From Lama glama (Eukaryota): a DNA stretch of 64,000 nucleotides. Where the stretch lies: positions 13,020,001 through 13,084,000 of the forward strand of contig CM052848.1 of assembly GCA_028534125.1 (NCBI GenBank). Reading direction: 5' to 3'. A model generated the notes under the pieces. It had not been told where the DNA came from. It did not search any database and saw only the letters and a program-made list of their open reading frames with translations. Made by a program: the position numbers and the translations under genes. Shown piece by piece: positions 11,511 to 23,779 of the stretch; the stretch's first letter is position 1, and each line of letters begins with the position of its first letter.

Positions 11511-14500
11511 CATTAAAACCATCATGACATCCAACCTCCTCTCTCTTGGGCGTGATGTTTAGGAAACGCGGAACTGGAATTCGGCAACACCAACCTGTTC
11601 TAGTAGAGATCTGGCCTGACAGCTTCCAGACGGCGCCCTCTGGCTCGCGTCTGCAACCGGGATGCGCGTGTCTGTCTTTACATCCTGAGAAGGTGCTTTA
11701 TGCCAGGATTAAGGAGCTGCTGGCAGAAATCTCTCCCCATTGCTTCAGGAGGCTAATCTCTCACTTCAGAGTCTGGGCTCACCCTCGGCCTCTGAATCCA
11801 GCCCCTGAAGGGTTGAGCAGTGTCAATCCTGAGGGTCTAGAAACAGCACAGCTGAGCGTGTGGCACTGAGTCCGTGGGAGAGGGATGGGCGAGCAGGGTC
11901 CCTCCGCGCCAGGTGCAGAGCCAGGCCTGACGCAGGGTCGTGCCCACGCTCTCACCGCAAGGGCGTCTTCTCATTTCCCGTTGATCCGTCTGCCGGAGAT
12001 GGAAAAGGCCTCCGGGTGGTTGGTTCTGTGAGAACCATGTGCCCAGACCTCGGGGCATTTCCAGGGGTCCCAGGCAGAGGTCTGGGCTGCTGCCCAGCTT
12101 GGAGCTGAGTGGTGTGTCTGACAACCCGGGCACCTGTGTCTGCCTGCGCGTTGGCCGGCGTGACTCCCTGTCCCTGTGTCCCTGACTCTGACTCGACGTG
12201 TGAGCAGAACTGGTGACCTTTCTCTGACATAGAGGATCCCACCCACCCGTCCACTGGCCGTGTCTGTACTGAGTGCCCTGCACGTGCGAAGGACGCCCCG
12301 CAAACGCCTGGGGTGCTGGGGTCCTGTGTGCACCGCCTGGTGATGGCCCACCCTGCTTCCCAACCCGGGCCGAGCTGTCCCTAAGCTCTGATCCGGTGGG
12401 GTTACCCGCCCTGGGCAACGCCTAGTGACCTTGGGACGGACAGTGACGAGAAAGTAAATGCAGCACAGTCTCACCTGTACTGACAGGGGACATCGTGCAC
12501 TTGGGAGGCCTGAACCCCGAGGCCACTGGAAATTTCCCTTAGTCGCTGGACTGTGTTAGACTGAACCACCTGAAGTTACCCGTGTTCAGCTGTGTCTGCT
12601 ACAGACACACAGCAATGCCGCAGTTTCCCTGTCACCAAACATCTGTTGGGGTGATCCCCAAGAACGAAACGTGGTGTATGGGCCGACATGACTGGGACCC
12701 GAGACCCACCTGCTGAAGTTGGTGGTGGCCCCCAGAGGTGGGGACAGAGGGCCTCTGCACCAGCTGGGCACCGAGTGCTCTGCCCACGGCAGCTGCGGCT
12801 GGGGTCACAGTGTCATCGGCCCTGCGGGGCTGGACGGGCCTCTGATCCTCTCTAAGCCTCGATTCCCTTACTTGAAAAGCAGAGAAGACGTGCATGAAGC
12901 TGTAAAAGGCAGAGGGGACGCAGTGCCTGGACTCCGTTCCTTTCCCTCACTCTAATTTTTAGGGAAATAATAACTCGAGGTTGAGTGACAGCCCGACCTC
13001 GCTGTGCCGGGAGGAGCGCTCAGAGGCCAGGGCTTGGACTCTGCTTCCTAATTGACCTAATGTGCCAAGTGAGCTTAATGTGAGCTAATTAATGATGCTA
13101 TCGGTGGTGGAATTACCACGGCAGAGCCGAAAACAGCATCAAAGCAACGAGCAGGCAGGTGTCCGCTGGATAATTGAGGAAACTGGGGCCGCGAGGGTGC
13201 AGGCAGGACCCCAGAGGCTGGGTGGGGGGCAGAGGGAGACCGCGGGGCTGAGCCACTTAATTGCCGGGCTCCCAAAGCGCCACCCTGGTTACAGCTCCTG
13301 TGCTTGAACTGCAGGTTTCCCCGAGCCTTTGAAGCTGGGCTCCTGGGCATTTCCTTGAGAATGAACTCCATTTTTTTTTTTTGAAACCACAAAACTCATT
13401 CACCTGGAGCCAGGAAGAAGACCCAGGTGACCTGGCTTTCATCTGTGGTCCTTTGGGACCAACGGAACTTTGTCGAGAAGATGCTCCCGAGTTAAGAGCC
13501 GGCGTGGTTTGTGCCTGTGAGGTCGGGGGGCGGGGACCAGGGCTGCCCTCCCCAGTGGTGCTATGAAGGGCAGGGGACACTGACTCTCCAGGAAGAGGGT
13601 GAGCTCCCGACACGTCTGAGCCTCACAAGTCTGTATCTTCCACAAATGAAAACACTGTTTACTTTTAGAAACTGGGTCATAGCCAGAGAGTGAAAATCAA
13701 ACGTTTCAGGGAAATCTTATTTACTTTCTCCTCCCAAAGACACGTCCTTCCAGGACTACCGCAAACTACGCCCCAGTACAGCCTGGCTCACTTGGGGGAG
13801 AGAGTGAGGGGTGTGCAGGGACCCCTGCTGCCCCAGCCCACGGCGGGGCCGTCTGCCTCCCCCCACCAGTGACAAGGGGCACGGGGCTCATCCCCCAGCT
13901 TTGATGAGGTGGACTCCGGTGGACTCTGCCAAGATGACACTTGGGAGGTTTTAAGTGGCCGTGGCTTAGAAATCTCAGAGCATCCAGTCGAGCAAAAAAA
14001 CCTTTCTGTTATCTGAATTGAGCCCTTTACTCCTTTAGTTCATTATGCTTTTTTTTAACCTCTTTAATATTTTGAATTCACTGCAGTTTCACACTTGGTT
14101 GGAAAGTGTCTCAGAATCCAACATCGAACCGCTAGGCGGTGGCGGCTGAGAGCGGTGGGGGCGGGGAGGTCTGGCTTCCTTGGCCCCCTCCTCAGCCCTT
14201 TCCTAAGTCCCCACCTCCTACCCGTGTCCCTCCAAGTCCCTCAAACTTCCCTGACGGAAGGCTCTGCCAACACGTGTCCACACTCCAGCCCGGACTGTTC
14301 TAACCGTCCTTCTCAGACCCCTCACCTGCCGACCCGCTGCCCGAACACCTCTGGCCTCCGAGGAGTAGATGCAGTGACCGTGGGGTGTGCCCACACTGCC
14401 CACTCTATCCGGGCAGAAGGTGGAAACCTTAGGCCGCAGGGAGAGCTGTAATCACCAGGTGCACGTCCACCCTCTCCCCCTACCCTCCCCCAAAACACGG

Positions 14501-14947
14501 GGCCACGACCTCCGTCTCAGACTTGACTCAAATCCACACCTGGGGGGTGGCTCAGGGGACGGCAGTGGCGTGCAGCAGCAGAGCCCAGCGTGCCCAGCCC
14601 TGTACGCCTCCCCCGCCTGCCAGCCTGGGGCCACCTGAGCAGCTCCCTTTCAGGCTCCCGGAGACCCCGGCTGAAATCTCAAGCCCGCTGAGCACACACA
14701 CAGTTTGGCTCCTCAGCCAAATGCACAGCCAATAGCAAATGGGGTTGGTGGTGTTTTCCTGAAAACAAAGGAACAACCTCAGGTCTCAGAACTAGGAGCA
14801 GACGCACAGTCACCAGGAAGCTTGTTCAAACGCAACCCAAAAATGACACGCATTTCAAAAATGCATTCAGGTGGTCTCTGGAGATGACACGGCTGTCTCA
14901 CCCACAGCCCAAGAGTTTAGCAAACCAAGAGCCAGGGCGAGGCTTAC

Positions 14948-15300
14948 CTGGACCCCATGGGAGAGTCCGTTTCCGATCCAAGCAGAAGGTGGTCCGTGAG
15001 GAAAGCCAGGAACGTCTTGCCAAGGCCACTCAGGTGGCCGCTCCGCCGTGTCCCTGAAGCAGATGCTGGTGTGGTGGCGGCCGGCGGAGCTGCCAGGGCG
15101 GGCGAGGCGCCTCTCGGCTGTCAGGACCTCTCCTCCTGCTCCACGGGCTCCCTGACTCTCCCTTGACTGCCAGTCCCACCCGGAGCCAGAGGGAAAGTCG
15201 GCCCAGAGGCCTCTCTGCACACAGACTCACCCACACCACCTAGAGGCCTCTCCAGCACGGGCGCCCGTCCAGCTCACACCTGGCTCCACCAGACACCCCG
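14948..15300 (-). other. EDAR: Putative non-coding exon 1 (5'UTR) of EDAR; 5' boundary approximate
   Basis: Minus-strand consensus donor CAG|GTAAGC (plus-strand GCTTAC|CTG at 14942-14950) ends a GC/CpG-enriched ~350 bp segment. EDAR is the divergent upstream neighbour of SH3RF3 and has a non-coding first exon and a long intron 1. No EDAR coding exon (MAHVGDC...) was found in the window, so the identity rests on synteny and position. Confidence 0.5.
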
Positions 15301-15700
15301 TGGAATTGGTAAAATCACAGATTCCTTTCTTTGGTGGGGGTGGAAGCTGGGGGGCTTGCTTCTCCCAGAACAACCAGAGCCTCTGGGCCCTGGAATGCTA
15401 GAAAGCTCAGTTAGCATTAAAGTACCATCACTCAAAATGTGATCCCCCAGGGACCCGCCACCGAGGCGGCCACAGGCAGGGCTCGCTTCCAGTTGGCTCT
15501 GAAGCCCTCGCTCTGTTCCTGCCCCGTCCTGCCTCCTCCACTAAGTCCACTGCAGAACAAGCCCCCGGACCGCACATCTCTCCTTCCCCGGCACCCTACA
15601 CACCATATATACTCCACATAACTGATTCCAAACAGCCACACACACCCGCGGGACCTCGTGCCCCCCACGGAAGGAAGCAATGAGGAAGACATCTGAAAGG
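15200..15700 (-). promoter_or_regulatory. Putative EDAR proximal promoter
   Basis: Immediately upstream of the putative exon 1, with CACCC/CACACC KLF-type boxes and a local CpG increase. Depends on the EDAR exon call. Confidence 0.35.
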
Positions 15701-18700
15701 AACGCTGTGAAGGGAACTGCCTTTAGTATCTGTCAGTCCTCCCAGTTCCACCATCCTGAACAAGGAGGTAAAGCGTCCAGCCCTGCTCTCCCCAGCCCCA
15801 CCCGCACACAGGGAACCCCCTTCCAAGGCTCAATTCCTATCCCCTCCTTTTCCATCTTGTCTCCACCCAGATTCACAGAAGAGAAGGAAACAGTTAAGAG
15901 GGACACAGAAACGTGTGGCCGGGCGAGGGTCCTGAGGACAGTCGTCTCCCTCCTGAGGGTGAGCAAACCTCGGTTCCCGACTTTTTTACCAACATGACGA
16001 CCATCCCAGTAGCTGAGGTTTAAACAAGAATTTCATCCTGATCATTGAGAGTGGCTCCTCCATGCGGCCCATGCTGAGCCCAAGCTGAGGGCTTGTCATA
16101 AGTTACAACTATTAAAATTACTCAATGAAGAACCTAGGAAAACAAACAGAATCTATGTATTCTGGGCTAATATAGAATTTCTATTGTGTATAATTTTGAT
16201 TATTTGAATGATTATTTTGTTAAGTGTGTTTGAGGATGAAGATTATCTTAGGTGTAACTTTTTTTTTCCTACTAGAAATTAAATGGCACTTTAAATTTAT
16301 GAAAAAGAGAGGACACAGATACTGCCAAAAGACAGGAGAAAAGAGAAAGTGTTAGAATGGGCACAGAACATGGATGCTGCCATAGAAGCCAACGTTTTCC
16401 CCTCTTTGAAAAATCCAAGACATTATGCCACTGAGAAGGGTGGGCAGATGGTTATGCCTGCAATTTTCACTCATTATATCCAAATGAAAATGAGTCTACA
16501 AATTAATTCCACTGATTAAGAGGAAGAAAGAAGCAGGAGACATTGTTGCTTATCTTCATCATTTAAGGCTCCGGAGCACTGAAGACGGGTGATTTCTGTT
16601 TTGCTCATTTCCTAAAAGGCTGAGGCAGAAAGAGCAAATGGTTAAAAATAGCACATAAGAACACCAACCAAGACTGCAGAGCGCGGTGGGCAACCGGGTC
16701 TCGGGGTCTGTGCAGAACAGAGTGAAACGTGAACACGTGCTGGATATACACGCCCGAGCCCTGCCCCGCCTGCCCCTCACATCCAGGGTGCACGGACGCA
16801 CGGCTGGGACCTGGCGGAGGAGCTGGGCAACCCCCGCTTCCAGCTCCTCGGAGCCACAGCCTTGCAGATGATCCTGGAGTTCAGTGGGCTCCAGACCGGG
16901 AAAGACACTCTCCCAGCAGACCAGACACTTCCCAGCGAGTGCACTGACCACATCCCAGTCATCTGTGTCCTAGTGCCCAGCTCCTGTCCTGTGAGCAGGA
17001 AGAGACTCGTTCCGTCTCAGAGCAATCTTCTGTTTGATGTGCTCACACGTCAGGCCGGTGGAGGACCTGGGAACCGGACACGACTCGGTGCTGGGTTAAC
17101 ACGTGGAGGAAACGCCCCAAGTCTCTGCCTCGAGAAGTTCACACTCTGGGGAGACAGAGCCCCGTCAAGTCACCAAGACAGAAACGTACTTCCCGGAGGA
17201 GGTGAGCAGGGCTGGGCCGGGCCCCTGCGCTGTGTGGGTGGGACTGTTGCTGCCTGGTGACACTCTCTTCCTGCCCAGTTCCTGTCTGCAAAGGTGGCAT
17301 CGGACCAGATGCACCAAACCTGAGGGCTCCTTTCCGGGAGCCGAGCCCCGACGCTCAGCTGCCCCGACCTGAGCTCCCGCAGCAGCTGTGCCCCTGGTCA
17401 CCTGCAGAGTCTGTCACTGGGCCCCTTCCAGGGAATTGTATTGCTTGAATCATTATGAGTATTGGATGAATTTTTAATGCCCATGGTGAGTCCTCGGTGA
17501 TACTAAGTAATTCAGAGTGTTCCAGTTCAAAGATCAGGGGCTTATTTTAGGAGAGGAGCAGGCCGCTGCTTCTGGTAAGGTGAGCAGGAGGGAGACTGAG
17601 TCTGGGGGGGCCCCTGCCCGCTGGGCCCTGGGCTCACGTCCACGACCCAGGAGGCGAAATGCTGAGGGAGCCGTCTGCCTGCCGGAATGTGTTCCCCACC
17701 CCATGCCCTGCACAGGGTGAGGGGCACCGCTCGGGTCGAAGGCAGAGTAAATGGGGCGTTTCAGCTGGTTTTATCCGACACTGAGGTTCTGCGTTTATGT
17801 AACTGAACTTGGCCACGCCCAACTTGTGCTGCTAATTAAAGAGGTCAAAGTCTGGCTTCTCCACTTCCACCTCTCCCAGGATTCAGACCTGGAATTCGAA
17901 TCCTGCTCCTTACAAAGGGACTCCCCCCACCACCACCTGCGGAGAGGAAGCGACCTGGGCTGAGAGGAAGCTCAGGTCTGTCAGGGCTGCGTGGGGCCAA
18001 GCCCTTAGGCCCCTCCTCTGTGACATCCCCTCACTGGTAACTGAAATGTAATGAAGTTGATCCCACCGAATGACCTCGGGAGCTTGACTAGCACAAAGGT
18101 TCCAAACACTAACCTTTTCATGGCCTGTAATGGTGTCATTCAGCGCAGCAGCACAGATCAGCGTGCCTGTCTGATAAACAGGATCACAGGAGTGTTATGA
18201 AACCTACTTGCGCTGCAGCAGAAAAAGTAAGAGAGGGGAAACCCGAATTTGGAAGTATAGAATATTGATGTCATCATTTAAAAATCAACAGATTCATTCT
18301 TCCAACAGACAGTTTCATATTTCTACCATTATTCATGGCTTTGGGGAAATGGGGTCAGTGGTTCAAGGGATAATCACTCTGTTAGCTTCGCTCAGCAGGG
18401 GAACATGAGACCACAGGACAAACGTGTACAATTACCAGTTCACTGGGTTACATTCCACAAAGATTATTAATGGGATTTTTCTCATACTTATGAGGACATT
18501 TTGAAGTTTATCTGTAAGGCAGGAGAGTCGTCAGTTTATGAGGGTGATGTGTTTTGGGAGCGTTTACTTTCACAGTAACATCTGGTTTGTCCCTGCTCTT
18601 TTTTCACGAATATGAGCTCATTGTCCTCAAAAACTGTGGTCAACAAAAGAAAACCCACTGGGGACATCTTAACGGGAATTCCCCCTGGTTGGCCAAGCTG

Positions 18701-20109
18701 CTGCCCAGTCCGCAGTCTCAGCGCTATTCCGGGGGGCACCCTCGCAGCAAGGTGCGCCCCACCTTCACGACTGTCCCATGAGCCAGAGCGGGAGTGTGTG
18801 TCTTCCAGAAAGGCCGCCCCATCCCCTCTGCCGCTGCTCCGTGTCCTGGGGGCTGAAGCCCTGGTTGGAGGCTCTGCCCTGAGTTCATGCCTGGGTTGGT
18901 GGGCTGAGCCTCCCGCCCCCAGCAAGCCGCCGTGGGCACATCGGACTGGTGATCTTGGTCCTTCTCAGGATTGTACTGATTTCGTGATGAGATGGGCGTG
19001 TACACCCGTGCTCTGTCAGCCCACGGCTGTAGCTCTCCCTCCATCCCGAAATTGTCCTGGCCTCCCGGGCTCCTGACTGCAAAGCCGACAGGTGCCCTTT
19101 AGCCTTCATTTCCCGGGAGCTCTGCCTGCACCACACCTGCCACCGCCTATCTCTTCCTCCTGCAGAAACCCTCCTCTCTCTTCCGTCTGGTGGTTCATCG
19201 GGTCCTTGGGTGACCGTCTTCCCCTGCCTCCCTGATGGTGGTGGCCCCACGCCTGCCTCCGTGCTCTCCCAGCTTCATGGTCCAGCAGCTACGAGCAGTC
19301 CGATGGCTCCTGCTTGTAGATTTTCAGCCCGGATCTCAGCCTTTGAGCTTCAGTTCTTGTGTCCAGCTGAGCGCGAAGCAAGTCATCAGGAGGTCTCAGA
19401 TGCTGGGAACCACGCGCATCCACTCCAAAGTCGTCTTCACTCCCTTGTTCCCGAGTTCAGCAGATGCATCCTGAGGGAGCTCACGGGGTCACCGACGTCT
19501 TCCGGCCCCAGCCCCTGCATCCTGCCCACTTTTCCCCCTGGGCACTGTTCTATCCACTCCCTCCAGCCGCTCCGGCCGTGCGGGCTCTGGTTCTGGTCCT
19601 CACTGTGTCACATTGGGATGACACAGATTTCTGACTTTCATCCTGCCTCTGGCGTTGACTCCTCCGTCCCGCCTCCATCACGACCAACTCAGGTCTGAGC
19701 CCCGGCCACTGTCTGAGCAAGGGCACAGGGAGCCCACCCCCTCGTCAGCCCTGGTCGGCTGTTGCTAGAATGCAGGTCCAGAGCACTTCAAGAGAAACTC
19801 AAAACTCCAGATTTTTTAAAAACAGGAAATCTTGTTCCTCAGTGTTGGCAACTAACCTAACTGTGGCCCAAACACACAGAAGCCCCATCTCTGGACTGGA
19901 CCAGCTGGGCCCCACCCCAGAACTCTGTGCCCGCGGGGCGGGCTTTGGACTTCAGACTGAGCAGCCAAAGGGTTCAGGTCTCAAGTCACTGCTTTTCTAA
20001 AATGATTTCTGCAAATGAACTCACTTATTTTGTGTTCTTATTGTCCAAATGATGGCAGAGTTTAAAATTCTTACTAGCACGGACGCATGGTTGTCTGGAG
20101 GGGCCTTGG

Positions 20110-20280
20110 TGCAGCTGCTCACGAGCTCGCTCCCCTGCCTGGTCCCTCATCCTAGAAATGGGACAGTGACGGTATCTGCTTCATGGGCTGTGGGGACACT
20201 TATGGGACAGTGTGCACAGGGGTGTGGCTGGGAGCTTGGCGTAGGATGGAGGGCACCAGCTACTGCTCCTACTGTTCAAG
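20110..20280 (+). mobile_element. MIR SINE remnant
   Basis: CCTCATCCTAGAAATGGGACAGTGACGGTATCTGCTTCATGGGCTGTGGGGAC resembles the MIR core. Confidence 0.55.
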
Positions 20281-21289
20281 ACGACACCCAGTTCTTTCTG
20301 CAGAAGCACCTCTGGCTGTGACTCGTGGACTTGGTGGCCATGTGGCAGCAAGTCTAAAGGCACCCGGCATCTCGGCGAAGCACCAAGATGACTCTGCCTC
20401 TCGTCCAACCGAGCAAGGAGACCCTGGTCCGGTCAGATGTCAGGCACTCACTTTACTTTGAGGATAGGCGACTGTTGTGACTTTTCACTTTTTTGGCACA
20501 AAAGTTTGCTGCCTATGGTGGTGACACTTGAAGATTCCAGGACAGGCTGATGGCAGAAAGCACAGCCCGTGTTACTGATGCTTCTCGGATCTTACCATTT
20601 GTAAAGATCTGTGAAATCCCTGTGAGTAAGTAGGCTTTTGAGACGGCAAAGATTGAATAGTTTTCTTAAAATGTCACAAAATTTCCCATTTTATTCTTAG
20701 GGAAATGTGGTGGGCGGTGGGGAGAAAGGAAGTCACTTTGCGACTTTCTATCAGAAGCAGAGGTCACAGGCTTGCATTCGGGCTGTAAGAGGCGAAGGGT
20801 TTCAGCAGAGCAGGTTTCTAACCTGCCCACGTGGATTCAGGTCCGTCCTTCATTTCTGACTGCACCTCACCTGTGTCCTGGAAAGTCCCTACCTGCCCTC
20901 AAGGACGACCTGCAGGCGTCAGACCAAACTGTGCACCTCCCCAGCAGCAGTGGCACCGGGAACCGCTTCTGGGAGCTGCAGGGACAACGCGGAAGTTCAG
21001 CTCCAGGTCAGCGGGGCGAGGAACTGGACCCAGCGTGTCGGTCCTGCAGAAAATGCTGAGCCACGGAGAGCTGTCAGAGTCGGGGCAGAGAACGGCGTGC
21101 GGGGCGCGGAGGCAGCACACGTGATACAGATGGTGTCCCGGGAGGAGGACAAGGAGAGAGGAAGCGAAGTCCTGCGAACATGCAGGCAGAGCAGGCATCC
21201 CACGTGGAAACTGGGGGGTCCGCGGAGAAGGGGCAAAGGGGTCAGGACGTGGTGGGGAGACCCCACAGGGGTCTGGATTAGTGGTCGCT

Positions 21290-21445
21290 TCCTGTGCTCC
21301 AGGCATCAAGCGCTCTGCATGATTTAAAGGAACAATCCTCACAACAACCCTTTGAGGTCGTCATGCCCACCACCCCTTTTACAGGCGAGAAAAACTGAGG
21401 ATCCGCGAGCAACCTGCCCAGCTGGCTAGTAGGGAGCAGAACCAG
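21290..21445 (-). mobile_element. MIR SINE remnant
   Basis: AATCCTCACAACAACCCTTTGAGGT...CCCCTTTTACAGGCGAGAAAAACTGAGG...ACCTGCCCA matches the reverse-complemented MIR core. Confidence 0.7.
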
Positions 21446-21667
21446 GTGGCAGCTCTGCTCCAGGTGACCTCTTGCTCCAGGTGACCTCCCTGCTCCAGGT
21501 GACCTCCTGCTCCAGGTGATGTCTCTGCTCCAGGTGACGTCTCTGCTCCAGGTGACCTCTCTGTTCCAGGTGACCTCCTGCCCCAGGTGACCTCCCGCCC
21601 CAGGTGACCTCCTGCTCCAGGTGACCTCCTGCTCCAGGTGACCTCCTGCCCCAGGTGACTTCCTGCT
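21442..21667. repeat. Minisatellite, ~13 copies of a 17-18 bp unit CCAGGTGACCTCCTGCT
   Basis: Directly visible tandem array with a CAGGTG core in every unit. Confidence 0.95.
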
Positions 21668-22119
21668 CTCTCAAGCTTGGGAAGCTCTGTCATGGTCCAT
21701 CTGTGAGCAGCCCCTTGGGGATGGAACTGGAGTCTGGTGGGTGGCTGCCCCCTGGGCTGTGAGGAGAAGTGGGGTGGAGGGTCTTTCCTGGGTCTGTCTC
21801 TCTCTCTACTCTCCCTGGGTTAGTCACTCCCAGTTCCAGCTCTCACTTCCTTGGAGAGACCCTCTCATCTCTCCTGTGCTCCTTTGTTCCCTCCTGGTCA
21901 TTTCCATCTGCAGAGCCCACCACAGGTTCGGGTGCGGAACATCTGAAACAAGACCCACCGTCCTCTCCCGGCTTGTCCACGACTCCCCCCGGCCCTCACC
22001 GGCCCTGGTGCGCTGCCCCTGGAAGGCCCCGGGACCCCGCCCGCCCGCTGCCAGAGCTGTCTGCTGACCCAGCACTAGTAGGATTCGTTCCTAGACAATT
22101 TTAAGGCCAGTTATGCGTG

Positions 22120-22640
22120 ATTTTTATTGAAAACTTTAAATTTAATTGATGTTACATAAACTAATAAGGAAAGTGGAAATACACGTGAAAATAATTTTTA
22201 AAGAAAAATTAATTTGACTACTTTGGAAAACTTGGTGAAGGTGAACTGATTAAAAACAGTTGTCATAATTGGATTTTGTGAGACAGCCATGCAGGATGGG
22301 GAGGCATAAAAATAGAGGACCCTGCACTCAGATGGCTTCAGTGTCTTTCAGGTTCATTTAGAAACTGGGAGTCAACTCTGGCGCATTACGTCCATGGCTT
22401 TTGCTGAACGGACCACCGAGACTCCGGAAAAGGCTTGGCCCAAATTCAAAAGACTGGCAAACAAACATATAATACATAATGTTATATATAATATATATCT
22501 ATATTTATAAACATAAATATATACATAAGTATTTATAAAACAAATATCTATCTATCTCTATGATTCCCCACTTTAACTGGCTTTTTGATGGAGCAACCAC
22601 CTAGTGGTCAGTCTGCACGGATAAGACACATGTGTACTGT
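22120..22640. mobile_element. Probable Tigger-like (TcMar) DNA transposon remnant containing an (AT)-rich low-complexity tract (~22465-22560)
   Basis: AT-rich block ending ...CACTTTAACTGGCTTTTTGAT...GGATAAGACACATGTGTACTG, similar to old Tigger 3' ends; family uncertain. Confidence 0.35.
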
Positions 22641-23779
22641 GCTGGGGGGACAGTGGAGCTGCCCTAGTTCCCAGGGTGTCTCTCCCACCTGGTGCCTCGG
22701 GGTGACCCTGTGAGTCCTCCCAGCACCCCCTCTCACTCCTGCCCCAAATCAGAAGATGCCCAAGAGCACCGTGTGAGCCTCACAGACGACCCCCCAGCCC
22801 CGGCACAGGGTGTGGCGTCAGGACACTTGTCTCTACCTGCTGCTGGTGGTGGTAACAGACGTCTCCCTGGGGCAGGCATGGAGAGAAACGTGCTGCCTTA
22901 GGAAACAGAGGTCTGCTCTCTTATCTACTGGAAGATGTAAGAAGCAAGGGCCCCACACACTCACAAAATCAAGAGACTAAGAGGAGAAATGGAAACCTGC
23001 AGGCAGCCTGGCTGACACCAAGGCAGGGGGTTCCCTCCCCGGCCTGCCCCTCCCCTGCAGCTGACATCAGAAGGCAGCCCCTGGCAACCGGGTGGCTGCT
23101 GCGTCTCTGTTTAAAGAGCCCTGATTCTAAAGAGCCCATTTCTGTGAAATGGTGACTCACACAGGGAATGGGTAACAGAAGGAAACTTTCCAGACATGGC
23201 CCCACACAAAAGCACAGGGTTGAGAGTCACTGTTTCCCACGCTCTCCAGTCCCTCAGAAATGCTTTCTCACGGCCCTTCCCAAATTCAGTGGCATGTCAC
23301 CGTGGTCTAAGTGCACCTGGGTTTTCTCGCTGGAGCCGGAGTCCGTGAGGTCTGTGCCCATGCAGACCCTCACTGAGCCGGAAGCATGTGGTGGACATAC
23401 AATTCATGTCTGTGGAGGGAGGCATGGAGGGAGGGAGCCAGGCGGAGGCTGAGAAGAGACGAAAACCAAGGAGACTGCACTTGCATCCACTTCCAGATCG
23501 CACCACCGAACGCTGGCTACCCGCACAAGTCCAGTGCTCTCACAGAAAGCCCTTGGCCCCAGGCCGGGCAGCGGATGCTGGGACGGGCCCTGGGCACTCG
23601 GTCTCGCCCCTTCCCATATCTGGATGTGGTGCCAACGAACCGTTAGGCAGCTGCCGGGAAGCAAACGAGAGAAAAATCCCAGGTACAGGGACGTCTTTTA
23701 TATCTAAGACTATTTACCTTGCTTGTGTCCACTTAGATGAAAAGATAGGCTGATCAATTTCAGTGGGGATTTCTGTTAT

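Noticed and set aside
15191-15200. GGGAAAGTCG as an NF-kB site in the putative EDAR exon 1
   Set aside because: Two mismatches to the kB consensus.
21379-21693. Repetitive ORFs (RSPGAGGHLEQEVTW) and CRISPR-like appearance
   Set aside because: Translation of a minisatellite; units are contiguous with no unique spacers, in a mammalian genome.
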